Program-made: the position numbers and the translations under genes
In this document: positions 1 to 9,874 of the stretch, one piece after another
Layout: every line of letters starts with the position of its first letter
Numbering within the stretch: the stretch's first letter is position 1
Source of the DNA: Phycisphaerae bacterium
GTDB taxonomy: Bacteria; Planctomycetota; Phycisphaerae; WQYP01
Reading direction: 5' to 3'
Assembly (NCBI GenBank): GCA_051955985.1
Contig: JBQCGD010000168.1
Coordinates: 6,777 to 70,776 of the forward strand
DNA: 64,000 nucleotides
Notes under the pieces: generated by a model
The model's database searches: none
Seen by the model: the letters and a program-made list of their open reading frames with translations, nothing else
What the model was told of the DNA's origin: nothing

Positions 1-378
1 TCGCAGGTGGGGGAGCGGCAGACGGCATTGAATCTCGGGGGCGGCGGGACGAAGAAGATTCCGTTGAGCAGGCCGCTGGTGCTGGTGGATTCAGGGGAGC
101 ATCCGCGGGTGCACGTGGTGTTCCGAGATGCGGATCGCGGGGCAAAGGTAACGCTGGCGACGACGACGGAGATTGCGAAGGGGGACTGGAAGATGCGGGA
201 TTTGACGACAGAGGGCGTGGGGTCCTGGGAGCCGACGTATGATCCGGTGCTGTGGCGGACGCGGGGAATCCTGGATCTGCTGTTGCAGAAGGTAGACCAA
301 CTGGATGGGGGGGATAACCAGGTGCGGGCGCATGGGCCGGCGCCGACGATGGTGTATGTGCTGGAATGCAAGCCGTAG
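1..378 (+). CDS. BNR-4 family protein, C-terminal fragment (5' end lies outside the window)
   Basis: Frame is open from nt 1. The C-terminal motif WKMRDLTTEGVGSWEPTYDPVLW parallels WKSVALDSANMGIWEPTYDSGLW near the end of the BNR-4 domain of the downstream paralog. It lacks the PATR/dockerin/PEP-CTERM tail. Confidence 0.5.
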   Translation, partial: SQVGERQTALNLGGGGTKKIPLSRPLVLVDSGEHPRVHVVFRDADRGAKVTLATTTEIAKGDWKMRDLTTEGVGSWEPTYDPVLWRTRGILDLLLQKVDQLDGGDNQVRAHGPAPTMVYVLECKP

Positions 379-406
379 CGGTTTTGAGTAAGGAAGGCGG
401 AGAAAC

Positions 407-2902
407 GTGAAGCGTGGTGGCAAGCGGAAGTTGAAGCAGGGGGGCACGCGTGGTGCGGCTGCGCTTTGCGTCGCGATGAGCGGGGCGGCGGCGATGGGGA
501 CGACCGGGGTGACGTTGACGCCGGTGGCGTCGAATGCATACTTTGCGGGAGACGTGAATTCGTGTGCGATTGATTTAAACAATATAACGACGTACCGGGG
601 TTATCAATTCCTGGCGTATTACAACACGGGCCGACACATCGTCATTGCGCGGCGGCCGACGGGCGGGGGGACCTGGCAGACGTACGACAGCGGGATATCG
701 ATTTCGTCGACGTTCATCACGGACGATCACAATGTGATTGCGATCGGGGTGGATGCGACGGGCACGATGCACATGTCGTGGAACATGCACAACGTGTCGT
801 TGAATTATGCGATGTCGACGGCGTCGGTGCTAAATCCGTCGCTGAGTTCGATTTCATTCACGCAGTTGAACAGCAGCAATTCGCCCTCGCTGTTCCCGAG
901 CGCGGGGAGCACGACGAACGAGGTGACTTATCCGACATTCTTCCACGTTCCGAACAGCGACAAACTGTTGTTTTCGTATCGGAACGGCGGGGCGGGCGGG
1001 GGATCGGGGAACGGCAACCAGTACATGGATGTTTACGACCCGGCGACGAACAGGTGGAGCCAGAGTTTTGTCATTAACGGCGAGCAGACGAGCGTCAACG
1101 CGTACTTGAACAGCCTGGTGTACACGCCAACGGGGAACCTGTTGATGACGTGGACGTGGCGGGCGACGCCGAACTGGCAAACGAATTCGAACATCATGTT
1201 TGCGCAGTCGCCGGACAACGGGGTGACGTGGTTTCAGCAGGGGGGGGCGACGCAGTATGGGCTGCCGATTATTCAGAACGGGACGCCGGCGGAATCGGTT
1301 GGGCAGGTGATCAAGAACATTCCGCAGAACAGCAGTTTTATCAACCAGACGTCGATGGCGGCGGATGAGAAGGATCGGCCGATGGTCGCGTCGTACTGGG
1401 TGCCGACAGCGGCGACGGGGGACCCGAGCCGGAGCTATCCGGCGGGGTATGTGCAGCGGCAGTACATGCTGGCGTATTACACGGGGACGCAGTGGGCGAC
1501 GTCGCAGGTCTCGAATCGGACGAGCGACACGTTCATCGATACGTCGGGGGCGGACGTGCGGGACCTGGGGCGGCCGATCGTGCTGGTGGACAAGGCGAAT
1601 CGGATTCTGGTGGTGACGCGGTCGGAGGATACGGGGATGGGGTCGGCGAGCAATCCGGCGACGCCGAACAACAATGTTGTGGTGTATTACACGACGGACA
1701 GCATGACGGGCGGGGGAATGTTGCCGACGACGCTGCACTGGAAATCGGTGGCGCTGGATTCGGCGAACATGGGGATCTGGGAGCCGACGTATGATTCGGG
1801 GTTGTGGGCGGCGTCGAATCAGTTGGATTTGTTTTATGAGCCGATGGGGCTTTCGGGGCAGAGCACGGGGAATTTGTCGGTGCTGGGGTGGGATGAGGCG
1901 GCGTATTTTGCGATGACGTGGGGGAGCGCGGGGATCAGCGGGGATGGGGCGACGTGGAATACGGCGGCGATGCCGGGGAGCGTGAATTTTGTGAATGGGG
2001 CGGGGGCGTCGGGGTTCCATATCGGGGATACGGTGACATTCAATGATCATAACGGCGGGCATTACGGGGTGGGGATTTCGGGGACGGTTTTGCCGATGAG
2101 CGTGACGGTGGATAATTCGGCGGGGAATTATGTATTTTCGGGGACCGGGAGCATTGGTGGGGCGACGGGGATTATGAAGAATGGAATCGGGACGTTGACG
2201 CTTGCGACGGCGAATATATTTACGGGCGGTACGGTGGTGAACGGGGGAACGGTGGTGGTGGCGAATCCGATGGCGCTAGGGACGGGCGGATTGACGATCC
2301 ATGCGGGCGGTACAGTTCAGTTGCAGGCGGGGCTGGGATCGGCGGTGGTTTTGCCGGCGGTGCAGTTGGATGGGGGGGCGGACGCGTGGGAGGGGACGCT
2401 GGACGTGGGGGGCAACAAGCTGGTGGTGCGGAATGCGGCGACGCATGCGATGACGTTGGCGACGCTGCAGAACGAGGTGGCGTACGGGGCGGCACATGGG
2501 ACGGGGATCGTGAGCACGTCGCTGGCGCCGGACACTGCGCTGGCGGTTATGGATAATGCGGTGCTCGGGTTAACGACGTTTGGGGATGTGGCGGTGAACG
2601 CGAACTCGATCCTGGTTGCGCCGGAGTTGCTGGGGGATGCGAATGTGGATGGGGCGGTGGATTTGACGGATCTATCGGTGGTGCTGGACAACTTTGGGAA
2701 GGCGGAGGGGACGTGGACGTCGGGGAATTTTGACGGGGCGGGAGTGATTGATTTGTCGGATTTGTCGTTTGTGTTGAACCATTTTGGGAAGAGGTTTGCG
2801 GGGGCGCGGGTTGGGGGGAATGCGCAAGCGGCGCCGGAAGCGGGGACGCTGGGGGTGTTGGTGATGGGGGTGATGGGGCTGTTGGGGCGGCGGCGGGCGT
2901 AA
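407..2902 (+). CDS. Secreted BNR-4 family (BNR-repeat beta-propeller) protein with PATR autotransporter-associated repeats, a dockerin-like repeat pair and a C-terminal PEP-CTERM anchor
   Basis: Signal-peptide-like N-terminus. The central region carries a GTLTL-containing repeat with Gly-rich beta-strand segments (PATR-like). DLTDLSVVLDNFGK and IDLSDLSFVLNHFGK resemble a dockerin repeat pair. The C-terminus PEAGTLGVLVMGVMGLLGRRRA fits PEP-CTERM (PEx + TM + Arg cluster). Confidence 0.8.
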   Translation: MKRGGKRKLKQGGTRGAAALCVAMSGAAAMGTTGVTLTPVASNAYFAGDVNSCAIDLNNITTYRGYQFLAYYNTGRHIVIARRPTGGGTWQTYDSGISISSTFITDDHNVIAIGVDATGTMHMSWNMHNVSLNYAMSTASVLNPSLSSISFTQLNSSNSPSLFPSAGSTTNEVTYPTFFHVPNSDKLLFSYRNGGAGGGSGNGNQYMDVYDPATNRWSQSFVINGEQTSVNAYLNSLVYTPTGNLLMTWTWRATPNWQTNSNIMFAQSPDNGVTWFQQGGATQYGLPIIQNGTPAESVGQVIKNIPQNSSFINQTSMAADEKDRPMVASYWVPTAATGDPSRSYPAGYVQRQYMLAYYTGTQWATSQVSNRTSDTFIDTSGADVRDLGRPIVLVDKANRILVVTRSEDTGMGSASNPATPNNNVVVYYTTDSMTGGGMLPTTLHWKSVALDSANMGIWEPTYDSGLWAASNQLDLFYEPMGLSGQSTGNLSVLGWDEAAYFAMTWGSAGISGDGATWNTAAMPGSVNFVNGAGASGFHIGDTVTFNDHNGGHYGVGISGTVLPMSVTVDNSAGNYVFSGTGSIGGATGIMKNGIGTLTLATANIFTGGTVVNGGTVVVANPMALGTGGLTIHAGGTVQLQAGLGSAVVLPAVQLDGGADAWEGTLDVGGNKLVVRNAATHAMTLATLQNEVAYGAAHGTGIVSTSLAPDTALAVMDNAVLGLTTFGDVAVNANSILVAPELLGDANVDGAVDLTDLSVVLDNFGKAEGTWTSGNFDGAGVIDLSDLSFVLNHFGKRFAGARVGGNAQAAPEAGTLGVLVMGVMGLLGRRRA

Positions 2903-2947
2903 GTTCATCAGTGGATGATTGCAATTTGTTGATTGTTCGTCCGTGAG

Positions 2948-2986
2948 GCATGCTTCTGGCCACCGAGATTGTGGCCAGAAGCATGG
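2948..2986. terminator. Perfect 15-bp inverted repeat (catgcttctggccac / gtggccagaagcatg, 7-nt loop) between convergent genes, possibly a bidirectional terminator
   Basis: Read directly. Stem 2949-2963 pairs with 2971-2985. It lies between the stop of the + gene (2902) and the stop of the - gene (3019). No T-run is present, as is usual for high-GC genomes. Confidence 0.45.
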
Positions 2987-3018
2987 CACTCCTGGGATCG
3001 TACGCGTCGCATTGTGCT

Positions 3019-5376
3019 TCAGCGTTTGACGAGGTTGTCGCCGATGTAGATTTTGTAGTCTTTGATGCGGCCGCCGACGCCATTGGCGCCCTGGCGGGGG
3101 ACGTAGCGGAAGCCGGAGATGGTTTGGGGTTTGCCGAGGTCGAGGACGAGGAAGTGGGGTTGTTTGGGTTGTGCATCGCTCCACTGGGTATGCCAGAAGC
3201 TGGTGGTTTGGCCGTCGATGGCGTTTTCGGCGGTGCCGTCTTCCTTGGCGCGTTCTTCGCTGTCGACGTAGGCGATGGTCCAGCCTTCGTGGGAGAGGGG
3301 TTTGCCGTCGGCATCGAGGAGGTCGAGTTCGGCGATGGCGGTGTAGGGCTTGTTGTCCTGGGCGTCGAGGGATTCGATGCAGAAGTAGCGGCCGGTGGCG
3401 GGGGCGGGGAGTTTCACTTCCTGGAGTGCGGTGCCGGGGGGGAAGGAGCCGGAGCAGGCGGGGGAGATTCCGGTGAGGGTGAGTTGGGATTTGGCGCGGG
3501 CTTCGTGGGAGAAGTCGCGGTCGGGGTGGAGCTCGTCGAGGATGGGTTTTTCGAGGCCTCTTATTTGGGGTTTTTCGGGACCATTGAAATCGAGCAAAAC
3601 GATGTCGTTGGCGCCGGGATTGAGCCAGGGGCCGGGGAGGTACATGGTCTGGGTGGGGCCGATGCTCCAGTAGCGGCCGAGGCAGTGGCCGTTGACCCAG
3701 GCGATGCCTTTGCCCCAGGAGCGCATGTCGAGGAAGGTGTCGGCGGGGTGATCGGTGCTGAGGGTGAAGCGGTAGTAGGCGGGCATGCGGGTGGGGGCGG
3801 TGAACGGGGTGAAGGTGGCGGACTGGTAGGGATTGTTGTCGAGAGGGAGGGGAAAGATCTGCCATTGGGCGGTGAGTTCGGCGGGAGTTCCGCCGTGCGG
3901 GGTGAATTTAACGGGGGTGTAGAGGCCTTTTTCGTCGTGGACCTCGGCGCCGAAGTTCACGCGGCCGGCGGTTTCGACGAGGATGTCGAGGGTGGCGGGA
4001 TTGCTGTGCGCGGGGAGCTGGACGGTGAAATGGCGGGAACGGCGGTCCATGACGCCGAGGGGTTTGCCGTCGAGATAGACGTGGCCCCAGTCGTGGACGT
4101 CGGCGGCGGAGAGAGTGCCTTCGGGGGCGGCGGGGAGGGTGGTGCGATAGAGCATGGCGCCGTAGCCGAGGTCGTAATGTTCGAAGTGGTGGGGGGTGGC
4201 GTCGGTGAGGGCATTCGGGAGATTGTTGAAGAGGGGGGCGATCTCTGTGGGGGTGATGGCGGGGAAGCTCGTGACGGGGTTTTGTGCGGGGGGCTCGGGG
4301 AGTTTTTCGCCGGGGAGGAGGTACTTGGAGATGAGCTCGCGGGTCCTGGTGAATTTGTCGGTGACCCAGCCGGCTTCGGAGATGGGGGCGTCGTAGTCGT
4401 AGCTGGAGGTGTCGGGTTTGAAGGGGCGGTCGGCGCCGGCCCAGAGGCCGAAGCTGGTGCCGCCGTGGGCCATGTAGATAGAGAAGGAGCGGTCGTTTTT
4501 GAGCATGTATTCGAGGTCGGAGAGGTAGCGGTCCATGTTGCCGGTGTGGTGGGGGCTGCCCCAGGTGTCGAACCAGCCGGGGTAGAATTCGCCGCACATG
4601 AGGGGGCCTTTGGGGAGGATTTTGCGGAGGGCGGCGAAGGCGCCGGCGGGATCGGAGCCGAAGTTGACGACAGGGAAGAGGTCGTCGCGGTAGCCGTCTT
4701 TGAGGTGCTGGACGGGGTTGCAGGCGAAGAGGGGGACGTTGAAGCCGGAGTCGATGAGTGTTTGGCGGAGTTCGCCCATGTACTGGGAATCTTTGCCGTA
4801 GAAGCCGTACTCGTTTTCGACCTGGACCATGAGGATGGGGCCGCCGCGGGTGATTTGGAGGGGGGCGAGTTCCTGTCCGACGTGGTGGAGGTATTCCTTG
4901 ACGGCGGCCATGTAGCGGGGGTCGCGGGTGCGGAGCTTGATGCCGTCGTCTTTGAGGAGCCACCAGGGGAAGCCGCCCATTTCCCATTCGGCGCAGGCGT
5001 AGGGGCCGGGGCGGAGGATGACCCAGAGGCCTTCCTGCTGGGCGATGCGGCAGAATTCGGCGATGTCGGCCTGACCGGAGAAGTTGAATTCGCCGGGTTT
5101 GGGTTCGTGCATGTTCCAGAAGAGATAGGCACAGACGGTGTTGAGGCCCATGGCGCGGGCCATGCGAAGGCGGTGACGCCAGTATTCGCGGGGGACGCGC
5201 GCGGCGTGGATTTCACCGCAGCGGATCTGGAGGCGTTGACCGTCGAGGAGGAAGTCGGTGTCGCCGATGGCGAAGGTGTGGGCGGGGGCCGGCGCGGCGG
5301 GGGCGTCGGCGGCCTTGGAGAGCGCGGCGGGTGCGAGGAGTGCGAGGGCCAGGAGGCATTGAACGGCGGAACGCAT
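3019..5376 (-). CDS. Glycoside hydrolase family 35 beta-galactosidase with a C-terminal F5/8 type C (discoidin) domain, secreted
   Basis: N-terminal signal peptide. The GH35 core includes LNTVCAYLFWNMHEP, ILRPGPYACAEWEMGGFP and MVQVENEYG. The C-terminus contains FWHTQW...ISGFRYVPRQ, which is discoidin-like. Confidence 0.9.
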   Translation of the reverse strand: MRSAVQCLLALALLAPAALSKAADAPAAPAPAHTFAIGDTDFLLDGQRLQIRCGEIHAARVPREYWRHRLRMARAMGLNTVCAYLFWNMHEPKPGEFNFSGQADIAEFCRIAQQEGLWVILRPGPYACAEWEMGGFPWWLLKDDGIKLRTRDPRYMAAVKEYLHHVGQELAPLQITRGGPILMVQVENEYGFYGKDSQYMGELRQTLIDSGFNVPLFACNPVQHLKDGYRDDLFPVVNFGSDPAGAFAALRKILPKGPLMCGEFYPGWFDTWGSPHHTGNMDRYLSDLEYMLKNDRSFSIYMAHGGTSFGLWAGADRPFKPDTSSYDYDAPISEAGWVTDKFTRTRELISKYLLPGEKLPEPPAQNPVTSFPAITPTEIAPLFNNLPNALTDATPHHFEHYDLGYGAMLYRTTLPAAPEGTLSAADVHDWGHVYLDGKPLGVMDRRSRHFTVQLPAHSNPATLDILVETAGRVNFGAEVHDEKGLYTPVKFTPHGGTPAELTAQWQIFPLPLDNNPYQSATFTPFTAPTRMPAYYRFTLSTDHPADTFLDMRSWGKGIAWVNGHCLGRYWSIGPTQTMYLPGPWLNPGANDIVLLDFNGPEKPQIRGLEKPILDELHPDRDFSHEARAKSQLTLTGISPACSGSFPPGTALQEVKLPAPATGRYFCIESLDAQDNKPYTAIAELDLLDADGKPLSHEGWTIAYVDSEERAKEDGTAENAIDGQTTSFWHTQWSDAQPKQPHFLVLDLGKPQTISGFRYVPRQGANGVGGRIKDYKIYIGDNLVKR

Positions 5377-5576
5377 GGTTGGATCCTTCGGCAGTGGGGA
5401 AGCAGGAGCATGTGAAACGCGTGAGGAGCGGATTCTAGCGATGAGAGGGGCGGAGTTGAAGGCGAGTGGGGAAGGATGGATATCGTCAATAAGGAGCTGT
5501 AATTTACAGGTTGGTGCGAGGCTGCAAATGGCGGGGGTAAAAGACTAGAATGGCGTGAACTCCCGGGAACGGCCGC

Positions 5577-7469
5577 ATGGGCATGCGGACGTTGCAGGCA
5601 ATTGATGATTTTTCGACGCCCCCGACCGCTCTGGGGATTCGTGCGGAGCCTTTCAGCGGAATGCTATCCAGCTACGATTATTTCATCGTCGGGATTTACC
5701 TGGTGTTCCTGGCGTCAACGGGATTGGTGTTCAAGCGGTTCAACAAGAACACGACGGATTATTTTGCGGGGGGATTCCGGATGTCGTGGTGGCTGGTGGG
5801 GACGTCGGTGCTGATCACGAACGTGTCGTGCTGGCTGTTCACGGGGGCGTCGGAGATTGCGTACGACTACGGGTGGCTGATCCTGGCGGCGGTGTATTTC
5901 AACGACCTGATCGGGTTCGCGCTGGCGGCGTTGTATTTTGCGCCGCGGTTCCGGCAACTGCGCGTGGTGACGTCGATCGATGCGGTGCGGATGCGTTTCG
6001 GGCGGGTGAATGAACAGTTTTTCAACTGGATCCAGATTCTGACGGCGTTTCTGCAGAGCGCGGTGGGGCTGGTGGGGCTCTCGGTGATATTGTCGACGGT
6101 GCTGCGGGTGGACCAGGAGTCGGTGATTGTTGCAACGGGGGGCGTGGTGCTGCTGATTGCGCTGCTGGGGGGGAGCTGGGGAGTCGCGGGGAGCGGGTTT
6201 GTGCAGCTCACAATGCTGACGGCGATGACGCTGGTGGTGGCGGTGATGACACTGGTGCGCCTGGGGGGCGTGCACGCGTTCCTGGCGCAGATACCGCCAG
6301 ACCACTGGGAGATTTTCAAGCCGGCGGGATCGACGAAATATGACTGGGTATTCATCGTGACGGGGTGGCTGGCGTCGCTGATCTGGCGGAACAACCTTGG
6401 GGTGACGTGGCGGTACGTGCCGGCACGGGATTCGGAGCATGCGCGGAAGGCGGCGCTGGTGCCGGTGATGGGGTACCTGATATTGCCGCTGTTCTGGTTT
6501 ATTCCGCCGCTGGCGGCGCACACGCTGGTGCCGACGCTGGCGCGGGATTTTCCATCGATGAATCCAGGGGAGGCGTCGTATTTTGCGGTATGCAAGCTGG
6601 TATTGCCGCAGGGGCTGATGGGGTTGATGGTGGCGACGATGCTGTCGGTGACGATGGGGGGGATGGACGTGGCGTTGAACAAGAACGCGGCGATATTTGT
6701 GAAGAATTTTTACAAGCCGGTGCTGCGAAAGAATGCGTCGGACCGGGAATTGTTTGTGGCGGGGTGGGTGGCGACGCTGGTATCCGGGATGTTGACGATA
6801 CTGGCGGCGACGCTGTTCACGGGGGAGGGGAAGGCGTCGTTGTTTGATTTGTACCAGTATTTGAACGCATACCTGTGGATGCCGGTGGGGGTGACGCTGG
6901 CGCTGGCGATGTGGGTGAAACATTCGCCGCGGTGGGCGGCGTGGGGGACGGTGGTGTGGGGCGTGATGTTGTCGGTGTTTTTGTACGAGGTGCTGCCGAT
7001 GGCGGCGGTGGGGCGTGTGTGTGTGCCGGTGCTGGGGGAGCGTTTTTACGGGTACCTGGTGAGCAACAAGTTTGCGGCGACAAATTTTCTGGCGATTCCG
7101 TTGACGGCGCTGTTCTTTTTGGGCACAAAGGCGTTCTACAAGCCGGCGCAGCACAAGTCGTATGAGCGGCAGGTGGAGCGATTTTTCCGGCGGATGGAGA
7201 CGCCGGTGGATTTTGAGCGGGAGGTGGGGCACGACAATTCACGGGCGCAGGCACTGGTGCTGAGCCGGGTGATGGGAGTGTACGCGGTGCTGGTGTCGCT
7301 GATACTGCTGGTTCCGAATACAGCGGAGGGGCGCGTGGGGATTGGCGCGTGTGCGGGGGGTATGTTTGTGATTGCGGGGGGGATGCGGCTGTATGCGCGG
7401 CATCTTGGGCGCAAGGGGCCGCAGGTTGAGAAGCCGCAAGCAGAGCCAGTGGCGGCAATGCGGGCGTGA
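5577..7469 (+). CDS. Sodium:solute symporter (SSS) family transporter
   Basis: About 13 predicted TM helices. The N-terminal block SYDYFIVGIYLVFLASTGLVFKRFNKNTTDYFAGG is typical of the SSF family. An alternative start is at Met29 (5661). Confidence 0.85.
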   Translation: MGMRTLQAIDDFSTPPTALGIRAEPFSGMLSSYDYFIVGIYLVFLASTGLVFKRFNKNTTDYFAGGFRMSWWLVGTSVLITNVSCWLFTGASEIAYDYGWLILAAVYFNDLIGFALAALYFAPRFRQLRVVTSIDAVRMRFGRVNEQFFNWIQILTAFLQSAVGLVGLSVILSTVLRVDQESVIVATGGVVLLIALLGGSWGVAGSGFVQLTMLTAMTLVVAVMTLVRLGGVHAFLAQIPPDHWEIFKPAGSTKYDWVFIVTGWLASLIWRNNLGVTWRYVPARDSEHARKAALVPVMGYLILPLFWFIPPLAAHTLVPTLARDFPSMNPGEASYFAVCKLVLPQGLMGLMVATMLSVTMGGMDVALNKNAAIFVKNFYKPVLRKNASDRELFVAGWVATLVSGMLTILAATLFTGEGKASLFDLYQYLNAYLWMPVGVTLALAMWVKHSPRWAAWGTVVWGVMLSVFLYEVLPMAAVGRVCVPVLGERFYGYLVSNKFAATNFLAIPLTALFFLGTKAFYKPAQHKSYERQVERFFRRMETPVDFEREVGHDNSRAQALVLSRVMGVYAVLVSLILLVPNTAEGRVGIGACAGGMFVIAGGMRLYARHLGRKGPQVEKPQAEPVAAMRA

Positions 7470-7483
7470 GAAAAGGAAGCAAG

Positions 7484-8560
7484 ATGGCAGGAGCAATGAC
7501 GATGAACGTGAAGAGCTGGTGTGTGGCAGTGGTGCTTGCGGCCGCGGGGATGGTAGGGTCGAAAGGGTATGCGGAGACGGGGGCGACGCTGCCGAAGGAG
7601 GACCGGATCGTGCCGGGTGCGTTGTGGCCGGACGATCGTGGGCAGCACATCCAGGCGCACGGCGGAGGGATTTTGAAGCACGACGGGGTGTACTACTGGT
7701 TCGGGGAACAGCGGGAGCGGGGCCTGGACCAGAGCAAGCGGTATGTGAGCTGTTATTCGTCGACGGACCTGGTGCACTGGAAGTTCCTGGGGAACCCGCT
7801 GGAACTGGGGAACGTGGAGCATTTTGAGGGGCGCTGGGTGCTGGAGCGGCCGAAGGTGTTTTACAACGAGAAGACGAAGAAATTCGTGATGTACATGCAC
7901 ATCGACGGGCCGGTGGGGAATGATCGCGGATATGCGTTTGCGCGGGTGGGGGTGGCGACGAGCGACAAGGTGAACGGCCCGTACCAGTACGTGCGGTCGT
8001 TCCGGCCGCTGGGGCATCAGTCGCGGGACATCGGGCAGTTTGTGGATGATGACGGGACGGCGTACCTGATTTTTGAGGACCGGCCGTACGGGTTTCGCAT
8101 TGCGCGGCTCTCGGCGGATTACATGGATGTCGAGAAGGAGGTGTGCCTGATTCCGGAGCACATGGAAGGGGGGGCGGTGGTGCATTACCAGGGGTTGTAT
8201 TACGTGGTGGGGTCGGAGCTGACGGGGTGGAATCCGAATCCGAACAAGTATGCGACGGCGAAGTCGCTGGAGGGGCCATGGTCGGAGTTCAAGGACATTG
8301 CGCCGCCGGCGACGAAGACGTACGGATCGCAGTCGACGATGATGCTGAAGGTGGTGGGGACGAAGGGGACGGTGGTGATCTTTATGGGGGATCTATGGCA
8401 TCCGTCGCAGCAGTGGAACTCGCGGTATTTGTGGATGCCGCTGGAGATCGGGGAGGGGAAGCTGTGGTTGCCGGAGCCGCGGCCGTGGCGGCTGGATGTG
8501 CGGACGGGAGAGTCGGTTATCGAGGAGGGGGCATCGCCGAAGGCGGCGCCGAGGCGGTGA
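7484..8560 (+). CDS. Secreted glycoside hydrolase family 43 enzyme, likely of the exo-beta-1,3-galactanase subgroup
   Basis: Signal peptide MNVKSWCVAVVLAAAG. The GH43 five-bladed propeller core includes QAHGGGILKHDGVYYWFGE and DIGQFVDDDGTAYLIFEDRP. A GGAAG RBS precedes the ATG at 7484; the ORF track starts at 7466. Confidence 0.8.
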   Translation: MAGAMTMNVKSWCVAVVLAAAGMVGSKGYAETGATLPKEDRIVPGALWPDDRGQHIQAHGGGILKHDGVYYWFGEQRERGLDQSKRYVSCYSSTDLVHWKFLGNPLELGNVEHFEGRWVLERPKVFYNEKTKKFVMYMHIDGPVGNDRGYAFARVGVATSDKVNGPYQYVRSFRPLGHQSRDIGQFVDDDGTAYLIFEDRPYGFRIARLSADYMDVEKEVCLIPEHMEGGAVVHYQGLYYVVGSELTGWNPNPNKYATAKSLEGPWSEFKDIAPPATKTYGSQSTMMLKVVGTKGTVVIFMGDLWHPSQQWNSRYLWMPLEIGEGKLWLPEPRPWRLDVRTGESVIEEGASPKAAPRR

Positions 8561-8579
8561 CGGGGGAAGCTGCGGGTCA

Positions 8580-9737
8580 TCAGGATTCGGAGTTTTCGTT
8601 CCGGAGGATGATGCGTTCGATGCCGGCCATGATGAGGCCGCGGATGCGGCGTCGGGGAGCGAAATGGCATTCGACGGTGCCGAAGCGTCCCCAGAGGGTG
8701 GCGGCCTTGACGCGGACGGCGAGGTACTCGTGGATTTCAGCGGGGAGCTCGTGGAGCGACCCGGTGATGGTGACGTGGTGGAGGCCGAGGACGTTGAGCG
8801 CGCTGCCGATGGTGGTGCCGGCGGCATCGAGGGCGTGCTGGAGCCAGGGTTCGAGGCCGTGTTGTTTGACATGCTGGATCACGCGTTCCCAGCGATAGCT
8901 GCCGGAACCTTTGGGGAGGCTTTGGAAGAGGCCTTTGCGGGAGACGAGGGTTTCAACGCAGCCGACGGCGCCGCAGCCGCAGCGGCGGTCATTGCCGATG
9001 ACCTGGTTGTGGCCGATTTCGCTGTTGAAGGGGAGGGAGGTTTTGTAGAGCTGCCCGCCGATGACGGCAGCGCCGCCGAGGCCGTGGCTGAAATCGACGA
9101 GGAGGAAATCATGGTCGCGGCCGCGCCGCCACGCGAGTTCGCCGAGGGCGAGGGCCTGGATTTCCTGGACGAGGAGGACGGGGGCGGCGCTCAAGGGACG
9201 GAGGAGGGCACGGAAGTCCTGGCGTTCGGTCCAGTGGAGGTTGGGGGAGAAGAGGACGCTGCCGGCGTCCTGGTCGACAATGCCGGGGGTGCTGATGAGG
9301 ATGCCCCAGAGTTTTCCGGCGAGTTGTTTTGCGGCGGCGGCTTGGAGCTGTGCAGCCCATCCGGAGGCGGTGTTGGGGGTATCGAACTCGATGTCCCAGC
9401 GATCGTCTTCGCGAAAGCCAAGGGGTTTGAGGGTGGCGCGGGTGTGGGTGACGCCGAGCTGAACCAGGAGGAGACGGGGGCGGCTTTCATCGAGGCGGAG
9501 AAGCTGGCCGGGGCGACCGACGCGGGTAGCGCTTTGGGGGGCCTCGACGGATTCGAGGATGCGCTCGTCGACAAGGCGGTCTACAATCTTGCCCGCGGTG
9601 ACGGGGCTGGTGCCAACGGCCTTGGCGAGCTCCGCCCGTGAAGCAGACGGTGCATGCATGAGGTATTGAACGATGGAGCGGCGGTTCAGAAACCGGAGCG
9701 TTGAGGGGGTAGCAGCAGTTTTCATAAAGCTGTTCAT
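8580..9737 (-). CDS. ROK family transcriptional regulator (N-terminal HTH plus ROK sugar-kinase-like domain)
   Basis: N-terminal winged helix LRFLNRRSIVQYLMHAPSASRAELAKAVGTSPVTAGKIVDRLVDE. ROK zinc motif GNDRRCGCGAVGCVET. Divergent from the araA promoter. Confidence 0.85.
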   Translation of the reverse strand: MNSFMKTAATPSTLRFLNRRSIVQYLMHAPSASRAELAKAVGTSPVTAGKIVDRLVDERILESVEAPQSATRVGRPGQLLRLDESRPRLLLVQLGVTHTRATLKPLGFREDDRWDIEFDTPNTASGWAAQLQAAAAKQLAGKLWGILISTPGIVDQDAGSVLFSPNLHWTERQDFRALLRPLSAAPVLLVQEIQALALGELAWRRGRDHDFLLVDFSHGLGGAAVIGGQLYKTSLPFNSEIGHNQVIGNDRRCGCGAVGCVETLVSRKGLFQSLPKGSGSYRWERVIQHVKQHGLEPWLQHALDAAGTTIGSALNVLGLHHVTITGSLHELPAEIHEYLAVRVKAATLWGRFGTVECHFAPRRRIRGLIMAGIERIILRNENSES

Positions 9738-9852
9738 CCTCTGGAATCAGGCGAATGTCAAGTGGATTTGGAAGTTTCAGAGAAGAGTTTTGACGCAGGC
9801 GGCGCAGGAACTTAGGTGTTCGCATAATGGTCTTGACGCTGCTGTGGTGATT

Positions 9853-9874
9853 TAATAAACTTTCTTTATAAAAT
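9853..9874. promoter_or_regulatory. AT-rich imperfect palindrome TAATAAA-n-TTTATAAA in the ROK/araA divergent intergenic region; candidate ROK operator
   Basis: Read directly. It is the only strongly AT-rich dyad in the 160-bp intergenic region and lies about 20 nt upstream of the araA GGAGGA RBS. ROK repressors (NagC, Mlc, XylR) bind AT-rich dyads. Confidence 0.25.

Noticed and set aside
854-3865. Minus-strand ORFs of 402 aa (854-2062), 397 aa (2672-3865) and others, rich in Arg/Pro/His
   Set aside because: Antisense to the BNR-4 gene and the intergenic region, with no motifs. The same applies to similar ORFs at 5715-7232, 10380-11483, 12239-13381, 17258-19180, 21923-23284 and 57356-58855.
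2950-5415. 821-aa Gly/Ala/Val/Glu-rich plus-strand ORF
   Set aside because: Exactly antisense to the well-supported GH35 gene, with a low-complexity composition typical of high-GC antisense frames.
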